Positions 11,901 to 23,900 of a DNA stretch of 57,309 nt are shown piece by piece (within the stretch, counting starts at the first letter, position 1; each line of letters opens with the position of its first letter). A program made the translations under genes and the position numbers. This DNA is from Phoronis australis (lineage: Eukaryota > Animalia > Phoronida). The stretch is taken from assembly GCA_002633005.1 (NCBI GenBank), contig NMRA01001095.1, forward strand, positions 1 to 57,309. The letters are read 5' to 3'. The notes below the pieces were generated by a model that worked only from the letters and a program-made list of their open reading frames with translations, was not told where the DNA came from and made no database searches.

Positions 11901-14900
11901 GATATTCAAACGATTCAAGCAGAAATGTTAGTGAATTGAAGAATTGAGTTTTGTTTCTGTCAAATTGTCCGGTTTCTTCCTTCCACAGTTTGACATTATG
12001 TACAACTAAAAACGCTTTGGTGAAGAGTTGTATGTAGAATGGCTGTTTTTGAATAGACCTTTGTTTCATTGCGTATGACGTCTGGTGAATGTTGATATGT
12101 CGGTATTTATGAATCGACTTGGATTGTTAGATACACCGCTGTGTGTAAGAGATAATAAGACTTTTCGAGGATCTTTGCCGTCTTGAATTACATGTCAGTA
12201 ACCATGAGATTTACTATGGTAACTGCTTTTGTCGGGACCACTGCGTCTCTTTCTTACTTTTGAGGAAGTGGACCTACAATAGTACAGACGTGCATGGTAT
12301 GCCTTTTAATCAAATTTATATCATTATTCAGAAGTTCCAAAGCTTCAACTATCGAAGATAGACAAGGACGAAGTGACATCAACTACTGTAACGCTACCTA
12401 TTGCACCAGTCTCAGGTTATCCAAACAGCAATGATATCAAGTAAGTCAACACTTTTTTGGGGAAACAAGAGGTTTCAGATTTTTTCCGCTATTATATTTT
12501 TGTGGAACGCCTTATTTACGAATTTTGTCCACGAAAAAAATAATCGAATGTGTATCTGCAATAAGACTAAAAGTTTATACTGAAGAAACACATGATATGG
12601 TAAGGAGGCTGATGACTCTTCACTCTTGGAAGAAGAGAACATAGCATGGGTGATCTATACTAGAAACATTCAAATCATGAAATAAAAAGAGCATTGCATG
12701 CCTTAAGTTATAAGTACAAGTACTTACAATCAATTGTTGTGAGCCTGCAGTGTTGTATTTACTAGATTGTTATCAGCCTCAGAATGTATTTTAAGCACTC
12801 GAACATCACTAACTCCTTGATGCCAAGTTATCTTCTAAATCTGTTGGCCTTCAATACATGTAAACAGGCAGAAGCATCTGTCACGAGCACATTTTCTTTA
12901 AGCTTTTACATCTATATCTGCATTTGTAGTTTACGAGAACGTCCATAGCGTCGTGGCACGGCCCATTTCACAAGATATTTCCACAAAATGGCCTGTATGT
13001 GCTGGCTGTAGCGCTACCATCTCTACTGAGACTAATCGTCTCGTGAATATTTTGAAACCGGTACTACCATTATGCTGTCATAGTTGTGAAATTCAAAATT
13101 ATCAGCCACATGGCAGTTACGTGGATAAAATTCCTGTGTTCCTATTTTCGACATAGAGTGTACAGTAGGCAGATGATATTAAGGTTTATTTTCAAACCAT
13201 TTTGTTTCAACTCCTTAATTTACTTGGAAACAGGTTTTACCTTATTGTCGTCGAAAGGAAGGAAATTGTCTCCCGTACAAGGAGAGAAACTATCGACGTC
13301 TCCACCTTAAAAGATTATGAGGAGGCGACGTCTAGTGGCAATTCTCGTTATATAGCCGCTAGGTTGACCGCAGCGGAGATGGAAACAAGGAAGACTTTCG
13401 TTGTAGGAGACCAAAAGACGTACGGTGGATATAAAAACGTGCCACTCATAGCTGGAGATAGATACAGATTCCTGATCGGAGTTTTCGTTCAGAACGAATT
13501 TGTAAGTATCTGGATGTTAAAATGCTTACATAATCAAGCAATAACTCAAAGCAGATTAAAGGAGTGAAATTGCCTTACTGTTGGTTGTTTGGTTTGATCA
13601 TTGAACACCATTCCCTTTGTTTTCTATGTTCTCGTGCATAATCTTTTCGCAGAGCTCTATGTTGCAAACATCTTCAAGAGTCAGTGTGCAATCCCGAAAC
13701 ACTCTAGAAGGATGCACTTCGGCAGTAATTCCAGTTTTGATGTGAAGTACATGAACGTGATTCGGTGCACCAAAGCTGGCTAAATCACCGTCCTGTTGTT
13801 TTTTAACTGGAAGAATAGTACTTCACATGTATTTCAAAATTCCAATTTTGAGAGATATTGGTTTGATGAAAACAGACATTGATTTTTTGTTCTGTCTTGT
13901 GTCATTTTCCTCACGACGTTGTACAAAATGGACTTGGTTCTTTTAGTAAAACTGATGTTTGCTTTCTTATGTTTTAGGAGAATAAAACTCATTTTCAAGT
14001 TATTGAATTTGAAGGACTGGCATCCAGTGAATTCATAGAAGGTGATTTTATGAACATTTTAATAATATGCTTTTCAGTTCATTAAAGTAACAATGTGGGG
14101 TGTCATGTTTACTCCTGTGAAATGTTCGTAAACGTTTGTATTCGCAAAACACTAGCTTAATGTTCACAGCTTCAACAAGGTTTGTAACCCTCGAGTAAAT
14201 TTAGAATCAAATGAGTTTAATGGTATTCCCAACTAAAATGTTCAGGTGATCCCAAGATTTCAGGCCATTTATCGAATTACCCGCCACATGGAATCGGGGC
14301 TTATTGGTCGTACCGGTGTAAAAGTAGCAAGTCTGCTATGTAACCAGTGTCCAGTGTGCTTGTATTTGATTGGAGCATCGGGACGTTTATTATAATAAGG
14401 ACTGTATAATAACTCGCTCTCTTTTTATGTTTTTCCAGTCTGCCTTGTTATGAAAATGTTATATAAAGTCAAATAATAACCAACTACGTCACTGGTTTCT
14501 AAACTCAAAGATTAGGATGAGAAGGAAAATGTGGTTATAGTGAATAAATTAAAATTAATGTTTTATGCTCCATCTATGTCAGCCAAGAACTTTAAACAAG
14601 AGAGAATGGCAATGATTGGCGGCGCTTGTGGTGGTGTTGCAGCATTCCTGTTGGTTCTAGCATTGGTAGCTTTCATTGTGCGGAGGTGAGAACGCAAACT
14701 TTCTTACTCAGTCACCTTAAAGGGTGAAACAGTTGACTGGTATAGATTTTGCAAAAAAAAAACAAGTAAATGACGTAGGATAGTGAGATTGTACATGTAA
14801 GTGCAACAATGAAAACAGATTGACAACGTGGTCAAAAGTTTTTGGATTTTTAACTTAAAGGCGGTTTGCCAAAACGGCATTGTCGACTGCAAATTTATGC

Positions 14901-17900
14901 ATATCTAGGAGTGGCCCTGAAGCAAACACTGAAGTATCAGTTAAATCGACAACACTTCATGTAAAACAATGCGTTTTTGTTTAAATGTGTGAACACACAT
15001 TTCGTGTCATATTTTTCGTGATATTATCGTGACTAGGCACAATCTAATAATATGGATTAAATTCATTCCCACTTTCCTCCTGATCATTTGTAGGCGAAGA
15101 CAGAAGGCAGCAAACGAGAGCACCTCCTCAGATCTGCACTTAGATAACATCAAAACAGACGGTCAGTGTCAGTTGTACTAACTTCTTGTCTTATTGTGGT
15201 TCAATGTAATTATCATATCACATCTATTACAGCTAAGCCTGTTCACAACTTTGTAGATGGAGTCTCGTCTCGTTATTGTGTAATGAGATTTCGATAGACG
15301 TCTTGTGAAAGTAGGGTGTTCGGGCTTCTCCGTTGGTGACCTAAGCTAGTTTACTTAACGGGTAGAAAGCCAAAACAGGTCCACAAACCCGCGCGCCAAC
15401 TATATCTGTGCATCAGACTTAGCTCAAGCAGTTCGCCATCTTGTGTCTGCACTCATTAGATTAGACTGCTGATAGCAACCTGTACTAGATTTTAAGTGGA
15501 AGAGGTCTGTGCTCGGAAGCGCTAATACCCTCTTGTGCAGTCAGCAGCTGATACAGAGTTTTCACGGGAGTAGGGCCTAAACTTCAGTTTGGCGTTGTCT
15601 TAGACTGATTGCCAACCAAGGCTTACGAGCTTGTTCTCCCCGAAGCTCTGTCAAGGTTTTATCCATTTGTGTTCCAGGGTTAATGATAGGTTCTTTAACT
15701 ACATATAGATGTACACGTTTGAACGTTATAAGATCTCCGTGCAGGAAGACACGTTGTGTTCACATTAATTGCAGTCATGCTTCTGATTAAGATAATAATC
15801 ACAGTTCTGGAGGTAGTAGCGGCAGTGGTAATTGCCCTATGACTGAAAATTATTATTATAGAAAATATTTGTTAAGAGAGTTTGGCATTGCATTTGGAAA
15901 TTCCTCTAATGGTGATAATCAAAAACAGAATCTACCAATGGCTTCGAAAATGCGTACGTGAATGCCGAACCGATGAATGGAAGTCCACAACCGTCCAACC
16001 CACTTCTGTCGGACCCAGTTTACGAAGACTTCAATAAATCAATCAAAGTGGAAGATTTGGTGTGGTACGTCGGAAATGCCTTTAATAACGACATAGTTGT
16101 AAAAGAGTACGAGGTACGTAAATTTGACATAAACATTTCGACATATCGCTCACTTTCCTTGTATATACATATAAGGCTTTGTCAGAACATGAGAGCGCTC
16201 AATCTACACTTTTCGTGCGCGACTTGCAGTCTATAGTTGACAATCCGATTCAAGTTTACTTTGATGAAGTTTGTCCTGTAAAGAATGCCAGCGTAACAGT
16301 CTGTGTTTTTTGCCTGTGTTGAGACAAAGTTATGCTATTCCGTAATCACTCATTCCGTCTTTTTTGACAACGTACAGCAACACGTGCTCCTAAAATACGA
16401 TAATCCACAACTTAACATACTGTATATATTTATTCAAGACGACTATGTAAACCATCATTCAATTACTGATTTTTAGCTTTGATTTTTCTTTGTTTGTCCC
16501 AAACAATATACATTTGTTAGGCATGAAATACATGAAAAATCTTGCTTGTGTTAAACACTTGTTCGAATGTTTTGTGCAGCTTCTGTCTATATTCTGTGTT
16601 TGTATTTTTCAGAGCCTACCCGCAGATCACATTTTCCCCCATACCGAGGGAATTAAAGAGGAGAATAAGAAGAAAAACCGATTCAAGAACATCTTAGCAT
16701 GTAAATAACTTATTCAAAGGTGGTTTTGCAACTGTTTACCTATCAACGTTTATCTTTGACATGGGGCTTAAAATTGGAAAAATATTAACAAACTTCTCTT
16801 AATTTTTTGCCAAATGAATCGGCAACTGTAATTACAAGAACTGCGTACGTGTGCTATCTTCGAATTTGCAGTTGAAGGTTTGCCAACCCCACACACACTA
16901 AAGCGTTTTTGGAATCGTTCTTGTTGTTTGAAATCGACTTCCAGTACTGTATATAATAAAGCAAAGCAGGGTTTATCAACTAACAAAACGCCGAATTCAT
17001 GTTTCGTTTTTTGGCAGCTTAAAATGAAGAAAGGCACGTTAAACACTGCTTTCAACAATGGAAATGAAAATTTTTGCACCGACCAATGAACAGATGAATG
17101 ATGTTTCCGTTGGTTGTTTTTTTTCAAATTCTTGAAGTTTGCTTTACATTTTACTTAACCAGTCCTTGACATCTCGCGTAACAACCGACCTTGTCGTCTA
17201 CATTTACATTTCAGATGTCTACCATTTGTTGTTATTGATTTGCCAGGTATTGACAGTGAGTCTTGCATTTCTAATACAAACTATTATATCTTCCAACATC
17301 ATCTTCTAGATGACAAAAATCGCGTCGTCCTTGAACTTCTGCCCCACGACATCAATTCTGGCTATGTTAACGCCAGCTACATTGATGCTTACAACCGTCC
17401 TAAGGCATTCATTGCTGCAATGGGTGAGTAATGGAGGCGGTGTATATTGCAATAGAGTGTATTTTGACTCGAGATAGTTTTAGTTTATTTGTTAGAAGTG
17501 GCCCATTTTGTTAACTCTAGAAACTCACGAATCAATGAATCTTTTCAAATGAGGTAACAGGTACTTGGCGACATCTCGCGATGACTTGCGTACGTGTATC
17601 TAATATATCTTTCTCGCAGATTTCTCAGGAGCCTAACCTTGGTACATACATTCTTGGTTTATTACTTGGTCACCATGTGGCGTAGGCTCATCGTACGCGT
17701 TTTTCCCGGAAACAATTTGAAGTCATTATCAATGCTTGTACCTTGCACTCTTTAGGTCCCAACAGAAACACTGTGGAAGACTTTTGGCGAATGATATGGC
17801 AAGAACAAATAACACGGATTGTGATGCTGACCAAGAACGTGGAAGATGGGAAGGTATATCATTTAGTAGCAGGCTCGTATCTTGGATCTGTCAAGAAGGG

Positions 17901-20900
17901 GTCTCACTGGAAAGACATCGGTGCACCATGTCTACATGTAGCTCCAGTGTAGCCATAAAAATTATCAGCATAACTCAATAGTTTCTGGATCTGTGCCCCC
18001 TTCGGATACGTGCATTAACACAGATTATTTTGTTGATATTAGTATAGTTTTTGTCTGTTGGATTTAATTATTGGAAGGAAGACGTATTCCAAGCATAAAC
18101 TCAGTTTTAATATATTAACAAGATTACCAAGCTGCTCACGAATGTCTTTCCTCATAATGTTATTACTGCAATCTGAGTCCTATCCTTACTGCTCCTTGGG
18201 TATCTTGCAAGAAGTGTGTTGTGGTATTCTTATGTAGCCCGGTCATTCTTCGATTCCAGAGGGTCTAACCTACAAGAAATAGCAAATGATGTTTTTTGTT
18301 TTGCAGAAAAGGAATCCACATCAACCCTTTCTGCGAGAAAAAGAAACAAAAAATCGGAGGGATGTAAATTATTTTTTCAAGGTGGCAAACAACATGGCCC
18401 TCAAAATTAGTGTTTCTGTTTTTCTGGGACATTATTCTTCTTAAACAGTTGGGAACTCTTTAACAAAACAAACACTTGGTCTTAATTTGTTCAGAAACAT
18501 TACCGCTGTGTTCACTATTTAAGGTTGCCTGTCTATGACTATACTGAAATTTTGTAAATTGGCTTAACCCGCCTATACTTGAACCGGTAAGACGTATCCT
18601 GCACCATCATGTGACCATTTTGTGATACAAAGAAAAATCCTAACAAGCATGTCGTCTGCAATTCAGTTGATGGCGCATTTCAACGCTTTACACTGCTCTT
18701 AGACTATTCTGAATCTCACTGAGCATAGCTTTGCTCTCTGTTTTCAGCATTGATATACAATCGGTTGACCTTGGACTGTGGAAATTCCAGTCATAAAAAT
18801 AGTGTTTTTGGTACATCATATCAAGTTCTGGTCTTCCAGAAGTTCTGAGAAGAGTGTATAAATTTGTTGAGCTTGAAAGCATAACGAAACCTTTTTCATC
18901 TCTACTCCTTCACATTCCTTTCTGTACCAACAACGGGTGTCTAACAGTTTGTGCGCTATCTTAACTATCAACTTTCAATAACATTAGGGTTGTGTGGTTG
19001 GTTACCATTTCTGTGATATAACCTTGTTTTGCATTTCATCCGGGACCTCCATGTTGTCAATGGTTTCTAGCTAAAGTAGACATGTAATTACGCTGCGATG
19101 CGTTTTTATTTCTGCTGATAGTTGCAATTTTTAACATACATGATTCGTCTTTGCATTTAATTCCATCTGCACAATTCATTTAAAGGCAGTTATGCACCCA
19201 ATTTAGCCAAAAATTAAAGTTGACTTGGAAGACTAATTGTCAACCGCTAGCTGTCTTACATGGTGTCAAATGCAAAATCGTTTAGGACACACGGCATGTG
19301 TGGCGTTACGATCCTGGCGTACGTTTTTGCCTGAATCGAACGCTTGTCGTATTAAACTCGGACATGTACTTTTTCAAGCGACAAAATTGTTTGACTGTAG
19401 ATATTGAAAATTTATGTCGGAGCACATGTTCAATTAGTCAATTAGTCGTGTATGACAGAACTATCGTATACGGGGATCGTATCTGAGTGTCCTGTCATAG
19501 TATTGCAAAGGCGGTCTCAACGTTCCCCATCTCCGATTAGAAGTAATTCCTGGACTTTACACGATCTGGGATCTCGTTATTCTTCGAGACCATTCCCAGC
19601 TTATTAAAATGGTCACCGGATCAAGGAACCGTCTTAAGCCTGGCTCCTAGCACCAGCCAATTACCAATCCTTCTGAAGTTCATCTCTTGTCTCACTAATA
19701 AATAAATTGAAACCGATATAAAAAGGGGGTGTGTGAATCAACAGTTAAGATATTTTAACAAAATGCAGATTCATTGCAGCATTGATACGTGCTAGGATTA
19801 CCGTGTACTTCTAGCGCAAGTGTGAGGTTTACTGGCCAGAAAGGAAGCTAGCCGAAAAATATGGCGATATTTTAGTGACAACTGTAGACAAAGAAAAAGG
19901 GACCGACTTCACTACAAGAAAGTTCGAAGTAACAAAGGTAGGACCGATAAATTTTCAAGTCGGAATATTGTCTAATTCGTCAATTTTTGGATGTTTTATA
20001 TCACCATATAACCTGAATCACACACTTGAAAAAATATAAGTCTTTGTTCTCAATTAAAATTTCAAATGATTTAGCAACCTTGAAAATTCTTTACAGAGAC
20101 TAACTCTCGAATAAAATTGAGGAAGCCATTACCAATGGTAATCAGATAAACGTCCTCGTGCCAGTTAGTCTCAGTTGTAATAGTTTTCAATTGTTCAAAA
20201 TACCTTTCTGCAATCAAAGACGACATTTCACTTTCTGTGGAAGGCCAATTGTGAGCAGCAGTCGCTTAAGACGACCCAGTACCACTTCACATCCTGGCCA
20301 GACCACGGGGTTCCCAGCAGCTCTTCAGCTCTGTGGAAGTTCTACCAAATCGTCAAAGACCACATCCGGGAAGAAAATGACGTCGTACCCACAGTGGTGC
20401 ATTGCAGGTAAGTCAACATGAATTACAACCTTCCATAAACATATACACTGTAATCAAGCGCATTGTAATGTTTTTGACGATGTCATTACAATGGAGTTGA
20501 AACAACACGCGAATACGCCATCATTGTTTTAACGTACGAACCCTTCGTGTTTCTAATATTTCCGTTCTAGACAAAATTACTTTTTAAGTTGTTGCCAGCT
20601 AAAACGTTTTATTTAATCCAATTGTGTTATAAATCTACGCTGTGTTCCTTAAGTCTAGATTCTTGGGAGTTTTGTAAAATGGCGCAAATATTAGCGAAAG
20701 GTGGCAATTATAATGAAATTATAATGTTGTATATTTCCTGGTCTCCGCATTTACTTACTCGTATAACTGCCATCTTCCCGGTTGGGGNNNNNNNNNNNNN
20801 NNNNNNNNNNNNNNNNNNNNNNNNNNNNNNNNNNNNNNNNNNNNNNNNNNNNNNNNNNNNNNNNNNNNNNNNNNATTCGTCAATTTTTGGATGTTTTATA

Positions 20901-23900
20901 TCACCATATAACCTGAATCACACCCTTGAAAAAATATAAGTCTTTGTTCTCAATTAAAAATTCAAATGATTTAGCAACCTTGAAAATTCTTTACAGAGAC
21001 TAACTCTCGAATAAAATTGAGGAAGCCATTACCAATGGTAATCAGATAAACGTCCTCGTGCCAGTTAGTCTCAGTTGTAATAGTTTTCAATTGTTCAAAA
21101 TACCTTTCTGCAATCAAAGACGACATTTCACTTTCTGTGGAAGGCCAATTGTGAGCAGCAGTCGCTTAAGACGACTCAGTACCACTTCACATCTTGGCCA
21201 GACCACGGGGTTCCCAGCAGCTCTTCAGCTCTGTGGAAGTTCTACCAAATCGTCAAAGACCACATCCGGGAAGAAAATGACGTCGTACCCACAGTGGTGC
21301 ATTGCAGGTAAGTCAACATGAACTACAACCTTCCATAAACATATACACTGTAATCAAACGCACTGTAATGTTGTTGACGATGTCATTACAATGGAGTTGA
21401 AACAACACGCGAATACGCCATCATTGTTTTAACGTACGAACGCTTCGTGTTTCTAATATTTCCGTTCTAGACAAAATTACTTTTTAAGTTGTTGCCAGCT
21501 CAAACGTTTTATTTAATCCAATTGTGTTATAAACCTACGCTGTGTTCCTTAAGTCTAGATTCTTGGGAGTTTTGTAAAATGGCGCAAATATTAGCGAAAG
21601 GTGGCAATTATAATGAAATTATAATGTTGTATATTTCCTGGTCTCCGCATTTACTTACTCGTATAACTGCCATCTTCCCGGTTGGCGGCCGGTGAAGGTA
21701 GACGGTCAACTCGCAAGTTGTGTCTTGTGTCAATTTTGCTACTACTGGGCGTGGAAAGGACGAACATTTCCTTATTGCTAGATGTTAGCATGGCAGCTCT
21801 GAAAAAACATCGGGATAAGCTGACTTGTTGTGCCCCGTCTCAGCCAATGATGAACTTTCTGAGCAATCCGCTCATCGATGGTGTCGCAAGTGAAAGGGTA
21901 TTTTAAATTTCATCTTTCACATTTGCAGTGCTGGCGTGGGTCGAACTGGCACTTTCATCATGATGGACATCCTTTCCGATCAAGCAGACGCAGAGGGCGC
22001 GGTTGACGTTTTAGGTCAACTCCGACAACTTCGCCAACAGCGAGTCAACATGGTGCAAACGGTGGTATGGATATTTTAAAATATTTGTAAATATATGTGG
22101 ACTGCACTTTGGACAATCCAAACAAACGATGTCCAATTGGCGACAGTGAAACACGAAAAAGACGGTGATAGGAATAGCTCTCTTGCGAGTTTCTCGTTAG
22201 TCAATGTGACGTCATCGGAAGAGGGGCAAATGCCGCCATATTGCTCATGTTTTACCCCGAGTCTTTGCTGCACACGCTAAATCTTACTGGAGTTTCCATG
22301 GTGAATTTTACGATGGATCGTGAAATAACAGTGAATGGACGAAGAAAATGTGAACTTGTTATGTTGTGCGAAGCTGTGAACGGACTAAAATTGGAACTCA
22401 ACCCGGTCTAGGCCTGATTACCGCAGGCATACAGCTTTTCAAGGGCGATAGAGTATCTCCATAAAAAGTTACTCACTTCAAAATACAGTAAATAAAACAA
22501 AATGAAACATGCATATGTGCACATGGAGTTATAATTAACACATACCCTGACTCTGTATACAATATAGTCAACAAAATAACTTGAACGTATCCATGAAAAC
22601 CTCACTGTTTGCTAGAGTTTCTCTCACCGGCGCCATTTGGAGGAAGTTACGTGAAATCCCGCCTGTTAACCAACAAAAAGTCTAAAGGACACAAATCTTA
22701 CGAATTTCACTTGATATTTTCTCAAACTATTTTGCAAGTGTCACGCGTCAGGTCTCGGGTTTCGCTCAGTCTCGCGCTAGCCTTTGCCTCATACTCACCT
22801 GACTCGGTTGAAATACTTACCGGTTATCGCGCACGCGGTCAAAGTTAACAGTAACCACACAGTGGAGTTGAAATTCTTCGCCGGTCACCTGAATTGCCGT
22901 AGCTACATGTATGCTTCATCGAAGATATGTTTAGAAGCAGAAAGGATCACTGAGCGCCTTTTTAGGTGATAATTTTAGGTGTAGAATGTATTTTTGAAGA
23001 GGTGAAAACTTAATCAGTGATCGGATTTCGCCTACCGCCCTTTTGAAATTCACCGGACGAGATAAGTACAGAACGCGATAGAACGTATTGTAATGGGAAT
23101 CTGAATTTCATTTGCCTGAACAGCAATGCTTGTTTGGCATTTTTGGAACTAAACGGCTAAAAATTCGAAGAAAATATCAGAACACACTTTGCTACCGTAA
23201 TGGGCAAATGGCTAAACCACAAGCTATTGCCCCACTTCCCTTGACGTCACAGTTAAGTCTCACATAATCTCGCGTTATTGTTATTAACTGCAAAAGGACT
23301 ACTGCTCGATTTTTTATGTCAAACAAAATGTCTGAAGTTTTTTGCCTACTTTTATCGAAAAGGGTTCTATTTTTGCTTTGGAAATAAGACAAAATAGACA
23401 ATTGTTTCTGTTCCTATTGCGTAGTGAAGTGGTATTTTTCCTTCGCTTTCAAAAAAGTCACCACATGCCAGAAAAAAATGGGTCGAGTTCTTTTTTAGCA
23501 ACGCCATCTGATGCTATGGGAAACGTTTCAAGAGTGAGCAGGCATTGAAACAGTAGATCTCTTTTTCATTTAATGCACCCACCTTATGCATACCTAGATC
23601 CTGCCATTTTAGTGGTTCCTAGCTATTGAGAACGTGGTGCAAATTTTGAAGATTGAGAAAAGTGTGGATTTTATAATGGCGACAACTGTATCCGGAAGTG
23701 AACTAACTAACTGTATATTTCGAGCAACAGTTTGCGCACCTTGATTTTAAGCACGTTTGTCACTGTTTTAAGGACCAATACAAGTTCATCTACACCGCAA
23801 TGGTAGAAAAGCTACACACGGGAGACACCTTCATCCCAACAGCTGAGTTTCAGTCTCGTCTACAGGAAATCATGTCCAACAAGACAACTTTGAAGAAAGA

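Larger units (their letters stand above)
19975..21687 (+). repeat. About 810-bp direct duplication (19975-20787 and 20875-21687) on either side of an assembly gap
   Basis: Offset exactly 900; about 11 substitutions counted by eye and no indels; N-run 20788-20874. Confidence 0.95.

Noticed and set aside
15560-15650. Assignment as an HDV-like, twister or hammerhead ribozyme
   Set aside because: The required core motifs and pseudoknot pairings could not be found by eye; kept only as an unclassified structured-RNA candidate.
18688-18882. Minus-strand 64-aa ORF as a nested gene
   Set aside because: No recognisable domain, splice context or termini.
21144-21307. Mutually exclusive catalytic exons as a novel splicing system
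   Set aside because: The copies encode the same peptide, flank an N-gap and differ at an allele-like level; an assembly artefact is much more likely.
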